Source of the DNA: Lytechinus pictus
Lineage: Eukaryota
Assembly (NCBI RefSeq): GCF_037042905.1
Contig: NC_087250.1
Coordinates: 7,814,001 to 7,878,000 of the forward strand
DNA: 64,000 nucleotides
Reading direction: 5' to 3'
Every line of letters starts with the position of its first letter. Positions within the stretch are counted from its first letter, which is position 1. Below, piece by piece: positions 13,614 to 26,789 of the stretch. The notes beneath the pieces are model-generated. The model was not told the origin of the DNA and did no database searches. It worked only from the letters and a program-made list of their open reading frames with translations. The position numbers were made by a program, and so were the translations under genes.

Positions 13614-14000
13614 TAAAGGGAGCAAACAATTATTTTGTGAGAAAGACTTTTAAATCAATGTTCATTGTCAAAATATTATCATACATCTAGATCTGGTACA
13701 TTAATGTAGACTTAACATTGCAAAATCATGAAATTTTCGCTCAAAATCGATTATTCTGACGATCACTTACACAGAAATGCATATGTGGGACAGTCTAATG
13801 ATATTGCTTCCAAAAATACCCGACATTTTGATGGAATTCCGTGCTTATTTTGCTCGTTTCTCAGCAATAAAGCATTTTCTTCCAGAGCTATTTGGCACAT
13901 ATTTTTAAATAATTATATACATACAAACATTTGGGTGGTCATTTCATTGGATTCTGTTCAAACTCATTTTGAGATCGTTACCACAACTGGTATCTTTATA
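13614..14000 (-). mobile_element. MITE family A, old inverted copy
   Basis: Contains TCTAGATCTGGTACA and GGTGGTCATTTCATTGGATTCTG, shared with family A. Confidence 0.65.
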
Positions 14001-15244
14001 GGGCAAATCCGTGAAATAGGTGCAACTCGTTCGCGAACTACCTTGTCAGTAGTGAATGACCATTATTATGACAAGAAAAAAAAGTGCTTGAGGAGCCCGG
14101 CTGGCTCCCTAAAAAAAGGAAAGGTTTATTAGCCCTGCACTCCAGTGAAAAGTTGATTGAAAGAGAAAAATCAAATTGAATGGGAAATAAGGAAGTTATG
14201 ACATATTAAACTTTTTATTTTTTTTCCACAATAGTTATTTGACTGACCAACATGAGCATAATTATGCAAATGAGAAAGTCGATGTTGCATACTCTTTCTT
14301 TTGTATTTTGTTGTTTGAATTTATACAATATTACATTTTTATCATATTGAGAATATCCAAACTTTTCTTCAGAATCACAATAGGTTAAACTATGGCATTT
14401 CCACATGTTCAGGGCGGAATCAAATTTTCCTATAAATACAAGAGAAATGGTGAGTGGGTGACAAAATTGGAATTATTGGTACATACTGTGTTGTGAAATT
14501 GAGCGAAAATTTACATTTGACATCTGATTTTGATGAAACTTTCACTGTCAATCTCATTTGCCTTTTCTCTATCAATTCAAAGATTCAAATGAACTTTTTG
14601 TTGTGGTGGACCTCTCCTTTAATTAGGGAGGTTTAGATCGTGTTGATGCGAACACACGGTAGCTGACATTCATTCATGTATCACTGTAAAGTTCATCTAA
14701 AAGCTCCCCGTCATATTCATTAATTACCTCCTCCGTTCCTGCATGGGATGTGCCAATAAGACATTAATTAGGAACAAGGCCAAGACTAAGCTCTAATGTT
14801 ATTTTTGTTGTCTGATGTCTAGTTAGGGTATATACATGTAGTCTGCGGGGCAAACCCTTCACTCGAGCAAAGGGTCTGAATTGCAGCCTACTCATGCCTT
14901 GTGCACTGAAGGCCCTCTCGCTCAGGTGCTAGTCTTTGCGTGGAGGCACACTCGTTGATCAAAGTTCCAATCAGGGTCTGTGCCTGCAGACTACATGGAG
15001 TTACTACACCCCTTCAAAACATACCTTTTTAGCTGGTTACTTTTATTATCTAAAAACTAAGTATACACCGAAAATTATTTAGATTTATCTATTGTTTCCC
15101 TTATTGATATCAACTGAATTTATATCTAAGGTAATGTGAACAGGGAAAGCAAAGTGGACTATTGTTATGTGATAGAAATTTTGACAAATTCGAGTCATGT
15201 TGACCTGCAATGTGGATGGGGTAGAATACTGCAAGTGCAAAAGT

Positions 15245-17140
15245 GAGAGGGGAATAGCATCAGGGATGTGGAATAGTGCGAGGGGAATAGCATGAGGTGA
15301 TGTGGAATAGTACAAGGGGAATAGCATCAGGGATGTGGAATAGTACAAGGGGAATAGCATCAGGGATGTGGAATAGTGCAAGGGGAATAGCATCAGGGAT
15401 GTGGAATAGTGCAAGGGGAATAGCATCAGGGATGTGGAATAGTACAAGGGAATAGCATCAGGGATGTGGAATAGTACAAGGGGTAGAGCATGAGGGATGT
15501 GGAATAAGTACAAGGGAAATAGCATCAGGGATGTGGAATAGTACAAGGGAAATAGCATCAGGGATGTGGAATAGTACAAGGGGAATAGCATCAGGGATGT
15601 GGAATAGTACAAGGGGTAGAGCATGAGGGATGTGGAATAAGTACAAGGGAAATAGCATCAGGGATGTGGAATAGTACAAGGGGAATAGCATCAGGGATGT
15701 GGAATAAGTACAAGGGAAATAGCATCAGGGATGTGGAACAGTACAAGGGGAATAGCATCAGGGATGTGGAATAGTACAAGGGGAATAGCATCAGGAATGT
15801 GGAATAGTACAAGGGGAATAGCATCAGGGATGTGGAATAGTACAAGGGGTATAGTATCAGGGATGTGGAATAGTACAAGGGGAATAGCATGAGGGATGTG
15901 GAATAGTACAAGGGGAATAGCATCAGGGATGTGGAATATTACAAGGGGTAGAGCATGAGGGATGTGGAATAGTACAAGGGAATAGCATCAGGGATGTGGA
16001 ATAGTACAAGGGAAATAGCATCAGGGATGTGGAATAGTACAAGGGGAATAGCATCAGGAATGTGGAATAGTACAAGGGGAATAGCATCAGGGATGTGGAA
16101 TAGTACAAGGGAAATAGCATCAGGGATGTGGAATAGTACAAGGGGAATAGCATCAGGAATGTGGAATAGTACAAGGGGAATAGCATCAGGGATGTGGAAT
16201 AGTACAAGGGAAATAGCATCAGGGATGTGGAATAGTACAAGGGGAATAGCATCAGGAATGTGGAATAGTACAAGGGGAATAGCATCAGGGATGTGGAATA
16301 GTACAAGGGGTAGAGCATGAGGGATGTGGAATAGTACAAGGGAAATAGTATCAGGGATGTGGAATAGTACAAGGGGAATAGCATCAGGGATGTGGAATAG
16401 TACAAGGGAATAGCATCAGGGATGTGGAATAGTACAAGGGGAATAGCATCAGGGATGTGGAATAGTACAAGGGGAATAGCATCAGGGATGTGGAATAGTA
16501 CAAGGGAAATAGCATGAGGGATGTGGAATAGTATAAGGGAAATAGCATGAGGGATGTGGAATAGTACAAGGGGAATAGCATGAGGGATGTGGAATAGTAC
16601 AAGGGGAATAGCATCAGGGATGTGGAATAGTACAAGGGGTAGAGCATGAGGGATGTGGAATAGTACAAGGGAATAGCATCAGGGATGTGGAATAGTACAA
16701 GGGAAATAGCATCAGGGATGTGGAATAGTACAAGGGGAATAGCATCAGGAATGTGGAATAGTACAAGGGGAATAGCATCAGGGATGTGGAATAGTACAAG
16801 GGAAATAGCATCAGGGATGTGGAATAGTACAAGGGGAATAGCATCAGGAATGTGGAATAGTACAAGGGGAATAGCATCAGGGATGTGGAATAGTACAAGG
16901 GGAATAGCATCAGGGATGTGGAATAGTACAAGGGAAATAGCATCAGGGATGTGGAATATTACAAGGGGAATAGCATCAGGGATATGGAATAGTACAAGGG
17001 GAATAGCATCAGGGATGTGGAATAGTACAAGGGAAATGGCATCAGGAATGTGGAATAGTACAAGGGGAATAGCATCAGGGATGTGGAATAGTACAAGGGG
17101 AATAGCATCAGAGATGTGGAATAGTGTAAGGGATATAGCA
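15245..17140. repeat. 33-bp minisatellite (GGGGAATAGCATCAGGGATGTGGAATAGTACAA), about 57 copies
   Basis: Direct reading; produces the MWNSTRGIASG and LMLFPLYYSTS pseudo-ORFs. Confidence 0.97.
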
Positions 17141-17614
17141 CCAGTGTTGTGAAATAGTAGCTCTTCACATGGAAATGATACATTGTGGCATGAAATATCA
17201 TATCCATCTCTTTTTTTAATATGCCTTTAGCTTTTCATTACATGTTCAGTTTTGTTCAGTTTTAGTTACATGTACTTCCGCAGTTAAGTTCAATCTCACT
17301 GGGCTACTTCCGTCTGGTGTACAACAACGGAGGGTCCTAGACTATATAAGCCAAGATAAAGATGGTGTGTGGCTATGCCAAATATTTTTCATTGACCTTA
17401 GAAGAATTAGGTCATAACTCTTGTACCCAGCATGACTATCGGTTAACTACTCAAGCATACACTGTACACTATTTGATGAATAATATTACTGTTTGCTTCT
17501 GTGTTTCCCTAGAAAGAGTAGATGTTCATTGAAAAGAGTTTCCACATTTTGATGTTTGGTTCCATAGTTTCTGATGCAGAGTCATAAAAATCAAGCTGAG
17601 TCTGTTTGTAGTTC

Positions 17615-18231
17615 TTAAAGGCATGGTCCAGGCTTGAGATATTTTATATCTAAATAAATAGAGTGAAATTCACAGAGCAAAATGCTGAAAATTTCATCAA
17701 AATCGGATAACAAATAACGAAGTTATTGAATTTCAAAGAATTACATTATTCCGGTGAAACAGTTATAGGCATGTCTTTATGAATATTCATTAGGTGGGCT
17801 GATGATGTCATATCCCCACTTGTTCTTTTGTATTTTATTACATGAAATTAGGTTTATTCAAAATTTTTCTACCAAGAACTAAAACAATTGGATTGACAAA
17901 CTGATTAAGTGCATTAGTTATTTATTGCCGCAACTTATTTCATCATAACAGAGACACATCATTAACAAATGTATGAAAAAATGAAACATTTATGATTTCA
18001 TGTAATAACATAAGAAAAAAGAAAGTGGGGATGTGACATCATCAGCCCACCTAATGATAATCGTCACGATGTGCATATTTGTAACTGTTTTCACACAATA
18101 TTTTCAAACTTTAAAATTCAATAACTTTGTTATTTGTTATCCGATTTTGATGAAATTTTCAGCATTTTGCTATGTGAATTTTACTCCATTTATCCAGATA
18201 TAAATATTTGCAGCCCAGACCATCCCTTTAA
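17615..18231. mobile_element. TTAA MITE family B (long TIRs, ~600 bp)
   Basis: TTAA-AGGCATGGTCC...AGACCATCCCT-TTAA; copies at 40285, 51714 and 59998. Confidence 0.88.
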
Positions 18232-18249
18232 ATCCCTTTTTCTACTGCT

Positions 18250-19690
18250 TCATAGTAAGAGCTTTAGCAGCTCTGAAGAGGCCAATGGGTAGTAGTTTGG
18301 GTTGGAGTATATAGGCCTATATATATATATATCCATGGTCGATGGGCAGGAAGTCATGCAGGAAAATAACATGTTGTTAGGAACCAGGCTTGCATTCAGA
18401 CAGTTCTCAAAGTGGAAAGGAAGACCCTCGTGCCTCTGGGGAATGAGGAAGTCTGAACAGTATGCCCTCCTGTCCTGTTAATTGGAGGTTTTAGGAGACA
18501 AACTTTGGTGGAGGGAGCTACCTTTGGTGCAGAATTGATCGGGTGCAGCTGCTCTGTATGGCTTGGATATACGGATCTGCAAGGTGATGTCAATGCATTT
18601 AATGTGCGGTTGTTTGCGATGTACGTAAAAAATACGTTTATGCACGTCTGTTTTCTTGTTTCTGCTATCATTTTCATAGCGCTAACGTTCGCTGCTGTGC
18701 GTTGCTTTTGATAAAGTGAACGAACAACATCGCAACGGGTAGGAGCAGCGTACAATTGATTTCCGCTGTCCATCAGTGAGAGCGTGTTTTACGACCGACT
18801 TGATGGGCGTCAGCTGCCGGCGCTCTGTTTATAAAAGGATTAGCGGTGACAGTCTTTGTCCATTCGTAATAGGTCCATGTTCATAGTAAGAGCTTTACCA
18901 GTTCCGAAGAGGTCAGGGGGTAAGCAGTTTGGGTAGGAGCATATAGGCCTATTATATATATGTATATCCATGGTCGGTGGGCAGGAAGTCATGCAGGAAA
19001 ATAACATGTTGTTAGGAATTGTTAGGATTCCCTCGCCCCCTCTCTTCTCCTTTATCTCGATTGATATGATCCAGGAGAAGAGGCAATATTTGGTGGAGAA
19101 TTGTTGGTGCTCAACTGATCTGCATGGCTTGGATGTATTTTTCACCCTCTCCTAGGGATTAGGAGTCAAAATTTGGTGGCGGGAGCTAACTTTGGTGGAG
19201 AATCGATCGGGTGCCGTTCTTCTGCATCGAATGGAACACTCTCCCCCCTTACCTCCAAATTTGAGGATTTAGGAGACAAAAATGGTGGAGGGAGCCACTT
19301 TGGGTGGAGAATTGATGATGGGACGCAGCTGTAATGTGTTGCTTGATAGAAACCCCCCCCTCTCTCCTTTCGATTGAAGGATACAAAATTTAGTGGAGAG
19401 AGCTGGTTTTGGTGGAGAATCGATGGGGTACAGCTGTTTTGCATGTCTTGGAATCGCTCTCGGCTTTTTCCTCTCGATTGGAGGATTTAGGAGACAAAAT
19501 TTAGTGGAGGGAGCCCCATTCGGTGGAGAATCGATGGGACGCAGCTATATAATATGTTGCTTGATATCATTCTTCCCCCTCTCCTTTCAATTGAAATAAT
19601 CAGCAGACAAAATTTGGAGGAGGGAGCTACTTTTGGTGTAGAATTGATGGGGCACAGCTGTTCTGTGTGTCTTGGAATCACTCTCCGGCC
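18250..19690. repeat. Local duplications: ~135-bp direct repeat (18251/18882) and a degenerate ~90-100-bp tandem array (GGAGACAAAATTTGGTGGAGGGAGCT...)
   Basis: Direct comparison of the segments. Confidence 0.75.
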
Positions 19691-20649
19691 TGCAGGGTCA
19701 GATCGGGGTGGACGGGTCAGTCATATGAATATACTAGAGACTGATGTTTATCCTCATTTATGTTGACAAATTAAGGGAAATGATCCATTTCCTGATGCGC
19801 TAAGAGACTGACACCTCGTTGACTGGCCATTAAAACATTGATGACTTCATCACCAGAAGGTTATATGGTTATCTACTACAGTATAATGTTTTAAAGGGCA
19901 AGTTCACCCTAATTTGCCGTGCAAATCGTTCACTCGATGAAAGTTGTCTGGATATGTAGCCTACAGTCCCTGTCAGTGACTTGTGTACAGGTTGTATTTG
20001 TGCTAGTCTTGTGTGAAGACCCACTTACTGAAAGTTTCAATTGGGGTCTGTGTCTGCAGACTAGGTTTACCCTTTATTAAGGTGGTTTATAGGATAAAAA
20101 AAAACCTGAAACCAGCTTGAAACGTAGCCTATATAATCTAAGAGAAACAGATGAATGAAAATTTGAGGAAAAAAATTGAATATATGTAGATATTGTAATA
20201 CATGCAAGTATCACAAAATATGCTATTGACAAGAACTATAGTTTATCTAGAATGAGCTAAAATAAATATTTTGGGGATAATTTCAACTTAAAGGTTTGTT
20301 TATGTGACATCACACATTCATGCTTAATCGCAATTTCAATGTGAATCTCTCCATAGCATTGATTTAGAATTCTGCGCTAAGTTATACTGCCTGGAAGAGT
20401 TCATTAATGGAGTTTTCTTGACAGCAGTTAATAGTATCTTAATACATTTTTTTAGTATAGGACTGTCAATAGCAAAAAGCTATATTATACAATTTTCGTG
20501 CTAAGACTTCCTTGTATTCTATATGCTGGTATTACAGTGTATATGAACAAGATACCGGTGTTGAGAAAAATACATCTCCGTGCCTGCTATATAGTCCCGG
20601 CCTCACTTGTAAATGTTTTTTGACCCACTTCTGTGTATCGCGTTTCAAG

Positions 20650-20933
20650 TGTGATGACAGTCGGATGGAATATGAGATGTGAACGTGGGCTGTGATACCA
20701 GGAGAAAGTACTTCATGGATACAAAGATGCGTTAACACTTGAAATAAATCTTGGTTTCGAAGGATTGAATGATCATATTCATATTAAGTAACAATATTTT
20801 GGCAGATACAAGGGAAGGTGATGACAGTTGCTATGGAATATGAGACGTGAACGTGGGTTAAGATACTAAATGGATACAAAGAGGTGTTCACACTTGCAAA
20901 ATAGTCTCTGGTTTTCAAAGGATTAAATTATCA
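20650..20933. repeat. Diverged tandem duplication, period ~168 bp
   Basis: GTGATGACAGT...GGAATATGAGA(T/C)GTGAACGTGGG...ATGGATACAAAGA occurs twice. Confidence 0.75.
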
Positions 20934-21413
20934 ACAAACGAGATATTTGATATTTAACCGAAGTAACAAGAGAATAAATACTGTCAGATCTGCGATGTTC
21001 TATAACCTTTTTTCTAAACAAATGATTATGTCAATAAATGTTGACATGAGGGGTTTAAAGAAACAAAAATCAGATTTTTAAGGAAGTGCTGTTAAGTGTT
21101 ATCAGTCTCAAATTACTAAGAGACCAGATCATCTCAGAAAATATTTTTGACCACAGTTCCTCAATCCATTTCAATTACGTTTTCACCTAGAAAAATACCA
21201 CTAACTGTATAATGAATTTGATTCTATAACATTATTCTTTAACCATTAATACTTAAGACTGAGGTCCTTAAGCAAGTCATGACCCCACTAAACAAACATG
21301 GTTGATAATGACAACTTTTAAAGGGGAAAGTGATAAGTCTTACAGTACACATAAAATTTAATTATTTCAGAAATAATAAAACCATGCAACAAAAAAACAA
21401 GCAATAACTGCAG

Positions 21414-21683
21414 GGCCCCATCTTACGAAGAGTTGCGATTGATGCGATCAATCACAACTATGGACGGCCAGCAACATCAACATCTATTATGCATGTTTAT
21501 TAAAAATATTTTCTAATTATGATGTATATTCATGCATTCTTTGTTGTCATGAAAATTCAGTGTGCTTCTCTTTGTTTACAAAGGACATTGTGCAAATTTC
21601 CTGTAGAAAAAATTATGACACTGATGGATTTCCATAGAGTTACGATTGATTGGATCAATTGTAACTCTTTGTAAGACGGGCCC
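21414..21683. mobile_element. MITE family D, Harbinger-like, CAG target duplication
   Basis: cag-GGCCCCATCTTAC...GTAAGACGGGCCC-cag. Confidence 0.8.
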
Positions 21684-21818
21684 CAGATATCTGGGCCACA
21701 TAACATAGATGTACAGCTATTGATGGTGTGGCTGGTTTTGTTTGATCTGCGACAATAATCAATTCAATCAACGCAATCGTAGGGCCAGCACTATGATTAA
21801 TTTCCGAGTTTTATTTTA

Positions 21819-22229
21819 AGCCCGGCGACGCACACTAAGCGATTCGTTGCGATCCAAATTTCAAAGTAATTGTAGCAACACTTGATATGAACATTCCAAC
21901 CAGTTAAATCTTAGCAATCAGAGCTCAGAATAGTGGTAGGACTACCGAACTTGAAATTCAGTCCAGTTCGAGCCTCCCTGTAGAATCAAAGCGAAGTCTA
22001 ATCAAAATCGTAATGACATCAACACCAGCTGCAACTTGAAGCCGATTTTGAGTTTACTCCGACCACAAGGGCTTGCCGCAAAGCAAAATTAGTATTTTAT
22101 TATTCCTAGCAATATGCCAAACTTCAAATGAAACAGTTTTACTTCTTGGAACTTTCACATTTAATACAAAATGCGATTTACTAAAAAAGAAAATTGCGTC
22201 ACATCGGATTGCATAGTGTGCACTGGGCT
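21819..22229. mobile_element. Harbinger-like MITE (AGCCC termini, TWA flanks)
   Basis: tta-AGCCCGG...CTGGGCT-taa; termini related to 45595-45984. Confidence 0.65.
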
Positions 22230-22312
22230 TAACATAGCCCTGTCCTCTATGGAAACACCCCATTCCAACTACTAACAGTTTAACAATATATATTTTTCTT
22301 TCTGTGCTTCTA

Positions 22313-22726
22313 TTAAAGGTATACATTCCCGGGATTAAAGAGGGCGCTATAGGACAGTTTTGTTGCGTGCTGTACTCGCCTCCGTCTTCATAACGAAGAT
22401 CAACGAAATTTGCTTGCAGCTGTCAGTCATCAGTCAGTCGCGTAGGTCCTTGTGCGTATGCTGCGTTGCTTTCTGCTACGTCGATGCTGGCCCGAACGTC
22501 TGCTGACGTCGCTTCACAGGAGGAGGCGGATCCAACCTGCCTGTATCTTCAAACAGCGACCGAAGCATACGCGAACGTCCAATCGTCAGAGTTTGGGCAT
22601 TCGGAACATGGCATCTGTGAAAGCGTCAAATAACGTTGGTGACATAGAGCATCTGGCTGGCTGGCGTGCAGCGCGTACGTATGTCCAATAGCAACCTCTT
22701 GAAATCCCCGGAATGTCTACCTTTAA
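22313..22726. mobile_element. TTAA MITE with ~40-bp TIRs and a GC-rich core
   Basis: TTAA-AGGTATACATTCCCGGGATT...AATCCCCGGAATGTCTACCT-TTAA. Confidence 0.85.
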
Positions 22727-22990
22727 TCTATTTTATGAAAATTATAATGTATTGTCGCTATCTTTGAACAGGGAATTTACCACTTCCCTGCTTTGAAGGA
22801 ATGGGCAGTTTGTGCTGCAAAATTAGTTAAGCTCAAGATTTTTACCTTGTTCATGATCTATTATCATTAAATACTATTGAGATATTTTGATAGTTCACAA
22901 TGATTGTAATATTTCCATTTGCTACAATTACAACTTGATCTTTAACAAACATATTTCGTTTTTGTTTATTCTGTCTGCTGCCCTCTACAG

Positions 22991-23115
22991 GCCGTTACCT
23001 CTGAAATGTGCATTGTGTGCAATCGACGTGTGTACCCCATGGAAAAGATCACAGCTGATAATGTTATTTACCATAAGACCTGTTTCAGATGTGCAGAGTG
23101 TAAGGCGTGCCTCAG
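22991..23115 (+). CDS. LIM domain exon 1 (AVTSEMCIVCNRRVYPMEKITADNVIYHKTCFRCAECKACL), LIMD2/LIMA1/XIRP2-like
   Basis: Acceptor ctctacag|, donor ag|gtatgt. Shows C-x2-C-x17-H-x2-C-x2-C-x2-C and the 'VYPME' signature of this LIM subfamily. Not in the ORF track. Confidence 0.95.
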
Positions 23116-24479
23116 GTATGTGTTTGGTGTTTATAGTCAATGTCATATGTAAGGTGTTAACTACTAACCATGCTTAGTCTCTGTACTATTCAGTTAGGTG
23201 TTAGGTTAAGTGTGTACTTAGTGTCATATTATACACTGGCTGTAGCTGAACCACTCAATATGTATTAAGTGTTTATAATTAATTTCTTATGTAAGGTGCT
23301 AACAGGCAAAGAATAGGGTCGACCGGTCTGCATTTTTGTTGTTTTTATGGAGATCGTGGGTTGTTCAGGCACAAGAGTCTCTACATATAGAGTTACATTA
23401 TGGCTAAGGTTGTAACTACACCATTTGCCAATTCTTATGAACTTTATTTGTTATAAAAAAAAAAAAAATCAAATTTAGGAAAGTATATGAAAATTGGGGT
23501 CTGCCATCACATTTTTTCCTCCAAAATTTGATAAATGAACACAAGTCGGTAGGTTTCAATAGTGTCAAACTAAAATAAAATTTAAATGCCTTATGTTCAG
23601 TTCACGGGACCTTTACACATCTGCAATGGTGTAACACTTTCCTCCTGATCCGACCTTAAAGAAGAAAAATAAATTGGAAAATAAATTGTCTTATTACTGC
23701 ACTCTTTTGACAAGCTTATACCAGATCCTCTACTCAATGTAAGAGGGTCAAATGAGATTACCCACCGAGCCATACTGATAAGTGACCCCCATATGTGGTA
23801 ATCATTTGGGAGCGTGAAGTATGTTTCACGCTCCACCGAAAGTTCATCGGGTTTGACGTATAGGCTGGCATATCACACCCTCACACTTGGACTAAATTTG
23901 GAACAGTCGTGTGTGAAAGAGAGTAATAATGTGTTACCCACTCTAAATTGGCAATAAAATGAAAATAATATCACTATTTAAAAATGCAAATTGGCAATGT
24001 TCCATCAAAGTGTTACTTTTATCATTCATTTTGGCTTGTGCTATATCCATATTTCATTTTTTCAAAGTATGAAAATGAGTAGAAAATGAATGATTGTTGC
24101 CACTTTGAGGTTGCCAATTTGTGGAGCAAAAGAAGATTAATTTGACCTTGTGAAACCTGGGTCCTGTCTTCAATAGGTTAGTGATTGATCGTAGGCTTGA
24201 TTTTTCACGATTAATCGTACATTGTCATCAATGCAGTCAATGGTAAAAAGAGTTTCAACGTTGATTGCTCAGCTTTGTGTTGCGAGTCCTTGGGCTAAGG
24301 ATCGGTAGGAGATAATATGGGGGTGATGGGCTTATTAAAATATCATTTCGAACAAATAAAAGGAAATGAAGATGGAATGTGCTGTAAGAAAGAAAATAAG
24401 GGTCAGGAGAGGATGATGAGACTAGATTCGGAAGGGGGATTTTATTAGTTGGATGATAATAACTGCTTCTCATAAAACG

Positions 24480-24760
24480 TGGAGCGTTTTGGCCCCGTGG
24501 ATTAGTCTTCGGACTTTGAAACAGAGGGTCGTGGGTTCGAATCCCAGCCATGGCGTAATTTCCTTCAGCAAGAAACTGGTCCACAATGTGCTGCACTCAA
24601 CCCAGGTGAGGTAAATGGGTACCGGTAGGAAGTAATTCCCTAAAAAGCTGTGTGCGCTATGAACGCCTAGCTTAGCCGGGTAATATAGGAGCGCCTTGAG
24701 CACCTAACAAGGTGGATATGTGCGCAAAATAAATACCCTATATTATTATTATTATTATAT
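24480..24760 (+). mobile_element. tRNA-derived SINE with L2-like 3' tail and (TAT)n end
   Basis: A-box-like TGGCCCCGTGG, B-box GGTTCGAATCC, conserved body CACTCAACCCAGGTGAGGTAAATGGGTACC. Second copy at 55786. Confidence 0.88.
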
Positions 24761-25089
24761 ATTTCTTATAGAAATGTAATATTTTTCGTAGTTTACAAAG
24801 TGAATTAGAACATGTAGTAGGTCCATGATTAGAAGAACATTTTACCAGAACACTATAGTTCTGAAAAAAGAAATCATCTCAGTTCATTGGTGAAAAATAG
24901 ATCATGCCTATTTAATTGTGTTCATAAAGTTTGCTTAGGTTGACAAAATATTGAACACAAAAATAAACTAAAGTAGAAATAAATGAAAATGTGTATGAAT
25001 TAATCAAAATCGATTCCCATTTAAGAGAATATATGAAATGAATGTAACTATCTGTTATTAATTGCATTTGATATTTAATGTATTTTTTT

Positions 25090-26789
<1,700 letters not shown>

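Noticed and set aside
15245..17140. CRISPR-like array or repeat-protein ORFs
   Set aside because: Head-to-tail units with no unique spacers, frequent frameshifts, eukaryotic context.
24480..24552. tRNA-Gln(TTG) gene
   Set aside because: It is the head of a SINE repeated at 55786 with a shared body.
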